From Dudresnaya verticillata (Eukaryota), in assembly GCA_977862235.1 (NCBI GenBank), contig OZ374562.1, positions 2,108,001 to 2,172,000 of the forward strand: 64,000 nt of DNA, in the 5' to 3' direction. A program made the position numbers and the translations under genes. Below are positions 21,555 through 35,097 of this stretch, piece after piece (the first letter of the stretch is position 1; every line of letters begins with the position of its first letter). The notes under the pieces are model-generated. The model did no database searches and was not told where the DNA came from. It saw nothing but the letters and a program-made list of their open reading frames with translations.

Positions 21555-23420
21555 CTACTCGCGGGCGGACGAGTAGTAAGGAACAAGTCCGATGAATGCG
21601 AGTTTGCGATCTTTCCGCAGCCCCGCAGGGAGCCCGCGCAAGCGGCGCTCTAAATGCTGCGATTTGGCACCACTTGAGGCCCGGGCCTCAACCAACACCA
21701 ATCTAGCCGTTTCAAGCATCGTTGCCGTGGGCGCTCGGTGGTTGGGTTCGCATGTCGCTGAGGGCCTTCCCACCAGTTGTAGACTGCGCATCGCATCCGA
21801 GTTGAGCCAGGGTTGCAGCGGCCTCTTCCGTATCTTCGCTGGAGCTCTAGGGGGTGTTGAAGGAGAGAAAAGGGCACCTTCTGCTGAAACATGAACTACG
21901 TGGGGCTTCGAAGGACTGGTACATATAGCGTCGCGAATCTTCTTCTCCATTGAAGCCTTTTATTCCGACGTCGCAGTGGATGCCTCCCCGTACAGCATCT
22001 TGAACGCGTCAATCTGCAATCGAATTGCATCAAGATGGAGTTGCTCTGCCATGGCCGCCAATCTCTGCTGCTGTGAATTGGCAATTCTTTCTTGTGCACA
22101 TTTCTTCCACGCGCACAATCGATTGCGCAACGATTGCAGCTGTCTCCTCAACATACTCCGTCTCCAACTTCGCAAACTTCCTACGCTTGGATTCCTTAGA
22201 ACCCATGGGCCTTTTGGCCTTCATCTTCTTCCCGTCGTCATCTTTCGAGTCTTTGTGGAATAATGAGCGCCCGAGCGCTGTAAGCACACACGTGTACAGA
22301 CGAAGCCTGTAAGGCGTGAGGCGCCTGAGGGTGCGACGGTTGAGATAGCTGAGTCCCATTGGTCGATTAATCATGGTCACCCATACTTTTGGCATTTGCG
22401 TGCCAGACAGCAGCGCGCCTGTGCCTCGTAGTTGTACTACCACTCATTCCTATCATTGGATTGTAAGACACCTTTAGTGTACAGTATTAGGTAACTGTCG
22501 GTATTAAAGCTCTAACTCAGAGTGAGTAGCAATTCAGGCTTCCCGTCGTATTTATTGGGCCCCTGAGTAGCAGGGGAACCGCAATAAACCGGCAGCGGTG
22601 TGTACTTTGGGCTGTACCCATTTTCTGGTCTTCCTACGGTGCCACCGTTGTTCCCTTGCCTTGGGCGTCTACAAGCCCTATCGTGTACGACGATTGCTCT
22701 ACGCTGTAGGGTTCGCCTTCCTTTTTCTTTGTTCCTGGGTATTACATCCACTACAAGTCTTTACCACACCTCTTTTCCCTTTTCCTTTGAGCTGCCGCCC
22801 AACGTGAGTGTTTGTCCCCAGGACAGCTATCGCGCCGTTTTATCGCCGACTACCTCGCCGAGGGCCATTCTACTACAGTCCCCCACACCAGCACTATCCA
22901 GCAGAGTGGTCGTTGTCGACAGAATCACGTACGAATCGGGGAGGGGGAACGGCTTTCCAATGTTGTATTTGGGGTTGCGGATGATATCATACCAGCAGGA
23001 CGTCACGGTAGATCCTCCATTGTACAGTACAGTACCACAGCGCTGCAGATCTGCAGCCGAAGGCGATCCGGTCAACTGCGCGGCTTGAATGCGTATCATG
23101 CAGGCGTGAAAGGCAGAGTACTCGCTTTTGATCTTCGCATACTGTTTGAGACACACATCAGCACTTCTACCACTCCATCGCCGTTGGTCCAGGGAACCGC
23201 CTCCCTTTCCAGCCAGCCCTTCATCCAGGGGAAGTAGCGAATCTTTGACGAACTCTTCTCTGATAGACATGGCTAGCGTGGCGCTTCGCATGCCAGCACC
23301 CTTGATTGAGGACGAGAAAGCAACATATGCAGCACGTGCGAACGCTGTGTTCTCGAGGTTGTTCCAGCGCAATTTCTTCCCACCTCGCTTGTTGGGTGTG
23401 TCATCCAGTACTGCCGCCAT
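21555..23420 (-). pseudogene. Harbinger second ORF (Myb/SANT-like N-terminus, NAM-associated-like RPMGSKESK), split by a solo LTR
   Basis: KLRWNNLENTAFARA..RWSGRS..QYAKIK. Removing 22254-22877 plus one TSD copy gives in-frame AGVGDSKDDDGKKMKAKRPMGSKESK. Confidence 0.75.
22254..22877 (+). mobile_element. Solo LTR (624 bp) related to the E1 LTR
   Basis: TGTGGAATAATGAGCGC...GCCATTCTACTACA; shared blocks with E1 such as GGCCCCTGAGTAGCAGGGG; degenerate TSD GTCTT/GTCCC. Confidence 0.88.
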
Positions 23421-26400
23421 AATGCAGTGGGAGAGGATACTATGTACAGTAGGTGGGTGGGCTCTTGTTCGATCGGGACGAACAAGGACATGAGAGAAAC
23501 AGCACTCAAGTGCTGGCGGGAGGAAAAAGGCACAATGCAAACCCCGCGATACAGGGTTGCGAGGAGGGTTGGCTGCTCACTGCACGCGCCCCAAAATATG
23601 GGATCCGCTCCTATAACAAGGCGTTATAGGGCAGATCCTAAAATTTGGTTACGGATTTTATGGGGTTTACGGAATACGACGCGCCGGTGGAGACATCAGC
23701 TCTCTTGCAAAGACTAAAACCCCAGATTTTAGACTTTGGGGCACACCGGTGGGGATGCTCTCAGCTCAACTGCGGAGCTCCGAGATGCACTCTGAGAGTG
23801 CAATCTGCGAAAATTGCGACCGCCGCTATGATATGCTCTGGGCAGTCAACAAGTGTGCCGGCATCCTCCCCAGCAAACATCGCTGTCGCTCGAGCTCTGC
23901 GGCTTTGTAGGAGGATAATTCCTCTACTGGCGTTCTCCCCTCGACGACTCTGAAGCGAATCGCTGCGGCAAAGAAGATCCTGGGCATGCTAGCCTATATG
24001 GGCTTCCTCACCTCTGAAATGCCCGCAAACGCATAACCGTTCATTTACAAGACATTCCTTCGCACCACGGTCGAACACGGCTGCACCCTTGTCCCCTACA
24101 ACGCCACGCCCGTCTCTGCCCTGGATGAGTTAGACCCGTCCTTTTTCCGAATTGCCATCTCTCAAGACGCAATGCGACTGTCAAAGAACCGCCTGCGGAA
24201 ACTGCGCGCACTTTTTCGTCTCGATTCCTCACTGACGCGCCAAGAATATGTCCAGTACAAGAATCTGTCCAGTACGAATTTGTTTCAAGCCTGCTAAAGA
24301 ATCAGCGCCGAACCGATGCAAATGGCGGCTGGCATGCTCAACAAACCCTCGCTGCACTCGGAAACCTCCCAAACGCCCCACTGTATAAGGCAGCCTGCTT
24401 CCCTTTATCGCCCAAAGCTCTCTCCGCTGCTCTTCTCGGAGAATGGCCGACTGTGCTGTCGGGGTGCCGCCCGGCCCCGGTCTACCCATCACCTCACGTT
24501 TTGCCCCCCACACTCCCACTCCGTCACCACAAGGACAGGAAACTCGCCATCCGCTGGCACCTGGGAACATTCCCCATGCCGCCACGCTGCCTGTCCGCCC
24601 GCGATTTAGTGCCCAAAAGCTCCCGCGCACTCTCGACCTCTCCAAGCCACACCCCTCCCCGCAGACCCTTGCAGCCATCTCGCGTGCAATTTGTGCGATC
24701 AGGACCCTCTGTGCGCGTTGTACGTGACTTTCCCACCTCCCATACTGGCGGCACCCCACAATAGATCGTCTCTCCCTGCTACAGTACTGTCGCCAGGACC
24801 CCAGCAAGGACCTCGTCAGCGGTGCGCCGGCATAGGGGCGCAAGTTGCCCGCGCTGGATCACCTTAAACAACAAGTAAGTACCACATCACTAACAGTATT
24901 GCTGCCTTTGCTGAAGTTGTGGCGGGCAGGCGCTGCTGCATCCGGCGAGCGCGCGAAGCCAAGGAAATATACACTATTGTAGTGATGCTTGCCGCGCTGC
25001 GCACATAAAGACCCTATCCTTTTTTCGAGTTGTACAGTACAGTACCACCGAGGGTATGGTGGATTAGGTGCGGCGCCACTAGCGCCAATTTCTCCAAGAG
25101 CTCGGGCAAAACATCTCCTCGAGTTGAGGCTCCAATCGGTCTCAAAAATGTCGCAAATTGCCGCCTGTTTCCTGGTTCCGCACTCTGCATTTCACGAGTA
25201 TCAGTTTGAATCGCAGGCTCCGTCCTACACGCGCATTTACGATGCGCCGGAATGATCTTGGATATTTCTTCTTGTGATGATGTTAAAGTCTTTGCAAATC
25301 CGCGATATCAGGACTCGCTCTCAGGGAAGAGCACACAAGTTTTTTGAAAGTGCATGATCGTACATAATCGCATGCAGATTGCTGGTCGTGGGATAGCGAT
25401 GCACCTCGAAATGCCGTGCGCGTCATCTGCGAGGCCCAAAATAATAGAATGCACAGTAGCTGTTTATCTGCCATACTTACCAGCACGGACAGAGTTTGCC
25501 TACCTTGACAGCTTCTGGCTTCCCCAATGGCATTATTATAACTGATGCGTGATTTTACAAGGCTTTACCACAGCATTAACGTGCTGTGCCAACTGACAAT
25601 CGATGCGCCGCCCTGCGCAGCGCATAGAAAAGGCTTGCCAACTTTGTAGAGCCGGAAGTCTGCAGCCATATGCATGCCTAGTAACGTGTACATTCAGAGT
25701 ACACTCCACCACCGGGCGTAGCCGGTTTCATCGAACAATTGATAAACGGGGAAGGGTCTCGGATGGCGGCGACACGGAAATAGCCACCTTGCGACTGGCA
25801 CTACTAGGCGCGGAAATAATCAGCGCGTCACCCTCCAGTCGAGGGGTCTTTCAATTATGCGGACACTTTGAATGGGTTCTCTATCCGGAGAATACGGCAC
25901 AAAACGGTGCTTGTTTTTACCTCACAGACGACTTGAATACTTTAATATGGACGGAAGTTGCATGGAGAATAACCGGCGGGGCTCGGGGGACCACGTATCG
26001 TACAGTACATCTGTCTGGGTCTATCTATTGAAGTGGAACAAAGGTGCACTATTTGCTAGTTTTGCCGGCTAACACTGTACAGTGACAGGGCTCACATAAA
26101 GAGTTTGGGGTAAGTTTTCAGTTCTCTTATGCTGTGACGCAGAAGAACATTCCTACAGCGACAGTGACAAAAGATGATGATGCGACGGGGTTGCCAAATC
26201 GTATCTTGTGAAATGAAATAGAATGGGCCTCATTGATTCCTGAGGGCGTGATTTCTGTGTACACAACGCCACAATAATAGTACAGTAGCGACGGGACGAT
26301 AGCTCGTTTGCTTGATGGTGGTGCTGCAGGCGACAATACGTGCTGTAGCATTATAATTTGGACTCTATCAAGGATGGTGGGAATAAATAAAAATGGCAAA

Positions 26401-26851
26401 AAAGGTTTATTGCATTATGACTCTGCAAGAGACTAGTGTACTTCAAACTGCATGCAGAGAAGATAATTTATATGGCTTGGCGGAAATATCGCTCTAAACT
26501 GTGGTGATTCCGACTCTGGTTAAGCTCACGGTTCCCTTTAGGGGCAACGTTTTTAAAACGATTTTAATCTGCGGTGTTGTTAGCCGGAATAGGACTTATA
26601 CAGTATATTCTCCCTAAAATTGAGAGCCCCGATTGTCTGAGAGAGAAGGGATAATTTAATGTAAAATATTCTTTTACACGGTAAGTGTTAAATGGGATCT
26701 GTGGTTTGAGCAAGTACCTTCTGCCGCAATGCCGTCCCATTCCAAAATGGAATATTGGTTTCCTGAGCACTAGAACTACGACGCAAAGTTGTAGACACGA
26801 CAGAATATTACCAGGGTGCGTGAGGCCTTTTACCCGATGCCGTATGCCCAA

Positions 26852-29800
26852 GAGCGAGAGCGAGAGAGAGAGAGAGAGAGAGAGAGTTGTGAAAAGGGGC
26901 TGGCTTGGTGTGAGTTTGGCACTGGTGGGGCATTATATTAGCGATTAGAAGTTGGCATGGTGGGAGCACCCAATAGCCCCGGAACGCACACGTGTTGCGA
27001 GGCGATTTGACTGTTTCAGGTGTATATCGTATTTGAGAATGGAGCAAATGTATGCTGGCTTTAGGCGATTGGTAATGTATAATGGTAAAGGCTGCAGACC
27101 ATTCGCGGTGCCAATACCCAAGTGGTGACTTTATTACAGGACTAGAAGTAAGAGCAATAGTGAGTCGGGTAGAGGACGCGGGGATCTTCCATATTCTGCT
27201 CTCCAAAGAAGCGAATAAACGGCGGTGCTCCTTCCCCGGACGCGGGCAGGCGCAGGGGAAACGGAGAATAGGCCGAGCCATGTATGGGGAAAGCGTGGTG
27301 AGAGAGGTTAGCCTTGGTTTTGGCGGTTTTATACAGTACATGTACAGTACTATGTGGGCGTGAGCGGCGTGGTGTTTGACGGTGTGTGTGTGTGTGTGTG
27401 CAGGGTGTGGTCGTGATGTGGCAATGGACTTGATGGCAGGGGCTGTTCTTGTAGTGTAATTGATACGAATAGTACTGTACCGAAGATACGAGATTAGGTT
27501 GGTGTTGGCGGGTGTAGGTGCGAGAGAGAGAGACAGCTGAAATGAAGAGGTATGACGGGGAATAGAATTGTGTATCTGTATTATACGTTGGATACACATA
27601 GTGCATGACCTCAAGATTGGAGAGTGAGCCGCAAATGAATTAGACAGACAGCGCAATGTTGTTATCGTCAATGCTGCATTGAAGCGAAACGAGAAGTGTT
27701 TCTTGGTCGAGCTTGTCTGTTACTTGCATTATTTGATCCTAAAGTTGATTTGTGCAACAGGATTGTACTGTACGTGGTTTCGGTTGGGCGCGCAGGCGAG
27801 TAGTAAATGTACAATAGAGCCAAGCAGTATTGCGCTTTCTTAAACTACTGTATGAGGGGATTTGTATTTGTGTGTCGAGAAGGGAATAAAAAGCAGCTTG
27901 TGGTCTGTTATTTTAAAAAACAAGCGTGGGGGTTATCTACTGGTACTGCACTGTACTGTATATACGGTAAAAATGCATGCAGGATGTGCCGCAAAATATG
28001 CCAAAGGTCAAAGAGCCGTGTCCGTGTGTTCCCTTTTACAAAAAGCGCCTTCACCTCCACCGAGGAAATATGCTTATTCAACTGAAGCTGCCTTTAAACA
28101 ACTTGCTGTTGTCATTTCCTCGTTCCTGTCTCATCTCCTCATCGACACGGTGGGGACACGGTGGGGACACGGTGGGGACACGGTGGGGACACGATAGCGA
28201 CACCACCTGAGTCACCAAAGTCCCACATGCTCCACTTGCTGCCTATTTTTACCTTTTTGTGTCGACTCTTCCATTCATTTTTCGCTACTCTCTCTCTCTC
28301 TCTCTTGCCCTATTATTGGTTTTTTCATTGTATTTTCATACCACCCCACCAAGAACAAAAACGAGAAAGCAAGAAGCGAGCAAAACACTCAAAGACTAGT
28401 TTATCACGACAGGATAAAACACGTCGGGAAAGTTATAGTATTTTCTTATGTAATTTCCATCCCTTCTGCACGGCTCGACAAAGGCCTATCCCGGCGGACA
28501 TCAACCCCATTAAAAGATTAATAGATGTGTGTCTCACGTAAGCACGCACGCAACGTTTCCGCAAGATATTATCAGTGTACGGCGCAGCTTGGGAAAACGA
28601 GTGTCAGAGTAGACGGCGTGGCAGCTTGACGCCGTGACGACACAGTGTAACTGTGTGTAGCAAATAGCGCGAGCGAACGTGTATCTCCTTTTTCGGCATT
28701 TTGGTGTATCTCTCTCTCTCCCTTTCGGCATTCCACCTACTGCACTGGCACATAAACAAAAAGCATAACGTTGAATCGCTACTTGTTTAGCTCTACCTCG
28801 TCTGTGTTAGATTGGTGGCATGTTTATTGCGGTGCAGAATACAGTAGGAACAAACACACTGCCAATCGATGTCGTAATGCGGACAGATTCTAGAGCGAGA
28901 AAGCTGGCTTGCAGTACTGCCTGCTTGCCGCCGCTTAATTAGAGCGCTTGCAACCGATCCTGACGGGTAATTGCACGCTGACTCTCACTGTTACAGTATC
29001 ATTCGAAAATAATAATACAAAAAATGTTACCACCTGCTTCTGCAACGCGGCCTGCTGCACGTGTGGCAGGCAGGCAATGCAGGTAAATGGAAAGCCTGCA
29101 CGACAATGTGTGATTAAAAGCTGTCCTACGTCATTAGCATGTCTGAGAGAGAGTTTGTGTTTGCAGGTTTGTTGAGCCAGGTGACCACATTACCGGACAA
29201 AAGAGGCTGGTAATATAATGCAAAGTATATTCTTGAACTGATCGGCAAACAAGCAAGACGCCCAAGGCGCTACAGTACTCTATTGTACGCAGAGGCGCCG
29301 CGATCCGCGAGGATCTTTGCTCAATAAACCAATAGTACATTACGCGGCACGGTAGAAGGTAGTCAGCCGACGGCATTCGAAACGCAGTGCCCAAAAGGCT
29401 ATTCTGTACGCGCAACAAAAAAAGGCGACTTTTTTTACAAAGCTGACCTGCGCCTCGGTCGACCGTCGCATCACACAGCAGTGTCTCCCCGCGCGCTCTC
29501 CGCCGTGCGAGTGTACCAGCGCACCTGACCCCCTCCCTGCGCTGAGAAGCGTATCGACAAGAAGACTCTGCTGCAAGCATCGCCTGCAGCGTGTTAACAA
29601 CAACAACATCCCCGTCGAGCGCGTGCTGTCCTGCCGTGCGCGCGCGCATGCGCAAGATACAAATATCCGCTCCTCGCGCCGCAAGGAGGCACTGTGGTGT
29701 CACAGGCAGCACGCGCGTCGTTCAGCGCGCGCGCGCACAGCCCACGTGATGATGGTGCTGGCGATGATGGTGGTGACGGTGGTGATGACGGTGATGATGG

Positions 29801-31954
29801 TGATGATGGTGATGATGATGGCGCGGCAGACTGAGATCGGCGTGCGTGCTGCTGGCGCGTGCGTCGGTCGCGCCGATCGCGCACCGCGAGGCACGCACGC
29901 ACGCACGCACGCGCTGTTACGGTGCACGTCATAAGTGGCAGCAGCGCGGCGTTTGTAAGCAATTGAATTGGAATTGGCGCGTAACGCGGTTTTCTGTTCC
30001 TTTTTGTTACATGCTGTATTCTCCCTTGCGCGTTGTTATGATCCTTCCCCTCTCGCGCAACACAACGCGATCACGACCAATTTTCACTGCCGATAAAACA
30101 ACATTCCGTGCGTCGCCCGCCCGCCTGCACGTACCGCAGATCACCTCGCCCGGCGCGCATCCACAGCCAGCCACGCGCGCACGCACAGCAGCAGCAGCAG
30201 CAGCAGCAGCACACCTCACCGATCGATCCCTTCGCAGCAGCCGCGCGCGCAGCTCGCCGCAGTTTGTACTGTATGACAGCGAGAGAGAGAGAGAGAGAGA
30301 GCGCCATGCGCTGCCGCAGCTCTCTCTCCCTCCGCGCGCGCGCGGTCGTCTCTCAAGAGCCGCCAGCGTGCGACCGCCTCCCTCCCTCCCTCCCGCCCGC
30401 GCGCCCGCGCCGGCACCAGCGCGCATACAGTACCGAACTGCACATGCGCGCACCCGCTACAGTGTGACTCTCTCTCTCTCGCGCGCGCGCCGCACCATGC
30501 GCCCCCAATGCGTCCTGCGAGGCGCGCCATTGCGCGTTGCGCAGCGCCGCCGCCGCCGCCGCTCAGATGCGCAACACCCCGCGCTGCGCGCGAGTTGGTG
30601 ATGTGCGCGCGCGCGTGTGGGACGGCCGGTGCGCGCGCGCCAGCCCAGCGGCGCGGGCACAACTGTGTGTGTGAGCGTGTGCGTGCGCGTGCACGGGCTG
30701 CGCTTGGGGCGGTTGCGGCGCGGCGGCGGCAAACGGGGGGTGTTTCGCATCGAGCGGCGGCGGCGCTTGGTCGGTTCCACCGCGACGCGGCGGGTTGGAA
30801 TTGTTGCGCGCGCGCGTGCGCGCTTGCGCGTTTGTTTATTCGCCTGTGCTCTGCTCGGCTGCACCGTTGTTCCCCGTTGCTTATTACCTTCGGGTGGTCG
30901 CGACGTGACCGCGCTGCGGGTTTGAGAGGCAGAGCGCGGTTTCTGATGGGCGGGTGTGTGAGCGTGTTTGTGTTTGTGGGCGTGCGCGTCGCGGCGGGGG
31001 GGCATTTGGAAACTTAAAAAACTGGGAGCGCGGGATAGACTCTGTTGTAAAAGTAGAGCGGTTGCATTATTAGGAGTTTTGGTTTTGGTTGGAAAAGGGC
31101 GCTGCACTTTTAAGGTACGCCGATGATCCATCGTTGTGCTTTCAGAAGAGCGATACAAGTTGTTGGAACTGCGGCAGGACTCTATTCTGGACGCGGTGGG
31201 TGGCGTTTTTATACTACGTACTTGCGCAGGCTAGCGCTGTATCTACGTTGAACCTCCAATTGCTTTTTGGCAAGCCGTACCTTTGAAGGGTATGCTCACC
31301 CACATTAATGTATATACCGTTTGTCGTGGCTTTGCTACAAGTTGGGACCTTTTTTTCTTTTAATCTGTGGCGCAGGGGCAGCGCATGTCGCAGCTCTTCT
31401 GAAACTGTGATACAGAAACATTACTGACTGAGGACATATCTTACGGTCTCTCTCTCTCTCTCTCTCTCTCTCGCACACGGGCGAGCGCGCGCTCTCTCTT
31501 TCTCTCCCTCCCGCTCTCTCTCTCCAAGATGTTTTGTCAATGACGTTGAGCTTTGTTGACATGTTTGGACAATAATACCGTTTTATTGAGGTTGGTGACA
31601 AACAAGACACAGCGCCACTATTAATACTTTCGAAGGGAGGGGACAAAAAAAAAAAAAAAAAAGGACAGACCGGTATTGCCTCTATTACGGCGGATTATTC
31701 TGCCGAGCATACTGTGCGCATGTTATCTTAATGTTTTACTACTGTAGCGCTTGGTCTTTTTGTTGAGAGCTTTGCAGAGCACAAATATCTACAATAGCGC
31801 GCGGCGCCAGGCTGCAATGGGCATTGCAGACGCCCGCAATGAAGGTCGTGCAACATCGATCTGTAAAATCACGGTGCGATTTGTGTGTCACAAGGTGTGC
31901 GTGCGCAGTTTTGTACCGCGCGCATATTCCAATTACACCGCGGTGCTTTTTCTT

Positions 31955-31985
<31 letters not shown>

Positions 31986-32940
31986 GCTGAAGCCATTGTC
32001 CAAAACAATTCCCGGCTCTCTCTCTCTTAAATTTAGTGTATATGAGACACTGCAATATAGCCGTTGGTGCCGGTGCTATTCGCAGACAAACATGCGCAGA
32101 GGTATCTATCCTATCGGGCGCCATGCGAGACGATATACCTTTTCCGCCCATGCATGCAGCCCAACGCGCGTTTGCCACTCACTGTCCACGCGACACTGCG
32201 TGGCGCTAGTGTCGGCGCGGCGCGCGCGGCCTTCTCGCGATAGTGAATTCAATAATTTCATGGACCGCACACAGTCTGTATTGCGTTTATTCATGAATCC
32301 GGACAGCGCGCGTAACGTGTTCAACTCTGACAAGAAAAAGAGCAACCGACCGACCGCTCATGGAAAGAGAGAGACCAAAACTGATATGTCACTGTAGGAG
32401 CGCGGCGTGTGTTTCATTCAGCGTGTCAGGCGGTGGCTCACCATTATGATCGATCGCATCGCACTTACACATCTCCTCGCTGAACCGAACGCGACCCGCT
32501 GCAGTGTATCACTCAATCACTGCCTTTCGCCTTTACCTTCACCTTCTATGCAAACGCAATTCGCACCAACCCCTCGCCGCGGGCTGCACGTATTTTCCAT
32601 GTGCCCCGTCTGTCACACACACACACACACACACACACGCCCCGAGCACCCGTTTCGCTTCGCTTCTCTCACATACATGGAAATTTGTAATGCCCCGCGC
32701 GCCCGTGTTTTAATGCGGCACCGACTGTGTCCGTCAACCAAATGCCCCCCCTGCACCCCGCGCTGCGAGCCGAGCGGAGTCCCTCGCACCCCTCTGCACC
32801 CCCCCGCCGAGCCCCACCCACACCCACACCCCCACCCCCACCCCCACCCCCACACCCACACCCACACCCACAACCCCGCCCCCACCCCCACCCCCACACC
32901 CACACCCACACCCACAACCCCGCCCCCCCCCCTCCCCCGC
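26852..32940. repeat. Microsatellite-rich intergenic region: (GA/TC)n, (GT/CA)n, (GAT/GGT)n, (CAG)n, CCCACA/CCCACC hexamers, poly-A
   Basis: Examples: GA 26852-26885 and 30280-30301; TC 31447-31471 and 31959-31984; GT 27383-27400; GAT 29748-29821; CAG 30186-30210; CA 32614-32638; hexamers 32812-32915. Confidence 0.9.
28145..28192 (+). repeat. 11-bp minisatellite (GGTGGGGACAC) x4
   Basis: Read directly from the sequence. Confidence 0.9.
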
Positions 32941-33268
32941 CCCCCATTATACACACTCCCCGTCTGCCGTGCGACAAATCCTCTCCTCGCTTCTCCTCTT
33001 CCAAACGTTCTCACACCTCCCCTCCGCGCGCCGCGCCGCAGCCTCTCTCGCCGCGCCGCCCGCGCCCTAGCTCTGTCCCGCGCGGGAAAACTGCCGTCAT
33101 AGCCCGCACCCGCGCTTCCATCCCTGCCGCAATAAGTGTGTTGTCCCATGAGGCATCCCTTCGCTCCCTCCTTGCAAACGCCCTCTGTACCCGCCCCCCT
33201 CAACACACCCCGACACCCCCCAACACACGCCCCCTCCCCCACACCCCACACCCCAACCTTGATGTACC

Positions 33269-35097
33269 ATGGATCAGCGAACAGCTCCCACCTCGCGCAA
33301 GCGCCACCGCCCGGAGGACATCTCGGCCTCGTCCTACCGCGTCTCCCATTCCGCCCCGATGTCCGCCAGAGCCCGCAACAACTCGCGCGTGAGGCCAGTC
33401 TCGCAGCAGAGCGACGCTGATCTCCTCATCCCCTCAGCCGGCGACACCCAAGGAGCCGCCGCGGCTGCCGCCTCCGCCTTGGAGCCGCTCCACCCGCCCA
33501 TTCCAAACTTCAGCGTCATCTCGCAAGGCGCCCCGCGCCCCAACTCCATCCCGCACTCCTCCGCCGAGCCCCCAGGCGGCATGATCTACAACATCGCTCT
33601 CCCACTCCCCAACCCCGGCCGCGCCCATCGCTTCTGTCAAGCTTGCGACCATGTACGTTCTTACAACAACACCCACCCACGACCTTGCCTTTTAACCACC
33701 AACGCAATCTCAAGTCTCCACGCTGCAAAGCATGTTCTGACAATCTACATCCACGCATGCACGCACATGCACACATACGCGCACCTCTGTCTTCGCCGCT
33801 ACAGGTCAACCACGTGAGAAGGAAGCTGTGCACCAATTGCGGTGCCCCAAAGCCTAGTGCTGTGCGTAACGCAGTCGGCGTCGGAGTCCGATCGATAACT
33901 GAAGTCGATACTGCCTCTTCAAGGAGACCTCAATCCAACGCTGGCTTCAAGCAGGACGGTTATCCCCACGTCGCCCCTGCTCCGTCCCCGTACCCGGGTG
34001 TCGACATGCAGCATCGGTTTGGTCCTCATGGCCTTGTTGATAGTGAAAAGGGACAGCGCAATCCAGAGCCAGTCCCAAACCAGGCGCGCTCCTTGGCGAT
34101 GAGATGCCCAGGCGACGACATCCCTCTGCTCGGCAGCCACCAAAAGGGGCCAACCTTTCCAAACCATGATCCTCAGACCGCACGGCGCATCAGAACCGGC
34201 CAGGCCATACTGAGTGAGCCTCTTGTCAACCTAAACTCACTGCAATCTCAAGACGCGAAGAACATTGGTGTCGCTATGCGCCACAACTCTGGCAACATGG
34301 ACTTCAATCAAAAGGTCTTTCCGAATCACCCTCTGGACCGCGAGTATCTAACACTCCCGTCCATGCAAGGGGTTCCGAATCCGAAAGTTTCCCCAACTAT
34401 GGCCCCTAACGCGGTGTCTTCGCGTGGTATATCGGTGCCGCGGGGCCCTCCTGTGAGCCTCTCAGGAACTGAAAGACCAGCTGATGACTCCCTTCCGGAA
34501 GATGTTCTGCCAGTCTCCCGTGGGCCCGTCGGCCATGGCCTGGACGGACATCGTGGACAAAGGCGGTACCCAAACGTGCATGGACTGCGACAGCTCCCCA
34601 AGGATATCGACTCTGGGCAGATCTACACGGGAGTTCCTGACCTTCAAACTAACCCAAGTCTTTTGTATCGACAGAGCCCTGACCTCTTTCATACTCAGCA
34701 GAACTTTCGCCAGGATGACCGCGAGCAGCTCTTTCGCCACGAGATACCAAGAGCAGACGCATTCTATCAACCCCTCGGAATGCCAAACCCTGACTTGGAA
34801 AGGAGCTTCCCTCTGCAGCAGCATGATCCACACCGGCTTGCTCAAGGTACGACGAGAGTCCCAGATCCATTGACGCAACCGGCTCCTATTCCTGGTATCT
34901 CGATCGATCGATCACGTCAGAACAATGCTGAAAGCCGTGCGCCCGTCTCGCAACTCAACTTGAGCGTGCAAAAAGCCGATGACCATCTCCATCAGTCGAC
35001 CCTTGAAGAATCATCCCGCACGCCGGATGACGGGCGGTTCGCTATTGAGAATATTCTAATGTCACATAAGGGCGCTGGCGGTCAAAGTGCGCCGTAG
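33269..35097 (+). CDS. Host gene, 2 exons (33269-33652, 33805-35097), ~558 aa; RanBP2-type zinc finger protein with C-terminal eh1-like motif
   Basis: 152-nt phase-0 intron GTACGT...CTGAC...CTACAG. Splicing creates FCQACDHVNHVRRKLCTNCGAPKP (Cx2Cx3Nx6Cx2C). RKRHR is NLS-like; FAIENIL lies near the C-terminus. Confidence 0.85.

Larger units (their letters stand above)
20020..23760. mobile_element. PIF/Harbinger DNA transposon, decayed
   Basis: ~35-bp TIRs GAGCATCCCCACCGGT(C)GTGCCCCAAAG(C/T)CTAAAAT; 3-bp TSD TCA (20017-20019, 23761-23763); two convergent ORFs. Confidence 0.92.
19868..24800 (+). pseudogene. Decayed LINE (non-LTR) RT, split by the Harbinger element (pieces ~19868-20019 and 23764-~24800)
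   Basis: RGVVNGSPLSPVLVNLFIDTL...VFADE*LLYV continues as SSTAELRDAL...MLWAVNKC after 23763, matching LINE RT at 44960-45190. The right boundary is approximate. Confidence 0.75.

Noticed and set aside
29594..33392. Poly-His, poly-Pro, PT- and ER-repeat ORFs
   Set aside because: These are translations of microsatellites in GC-rich DNA, open in several frames and without domains.
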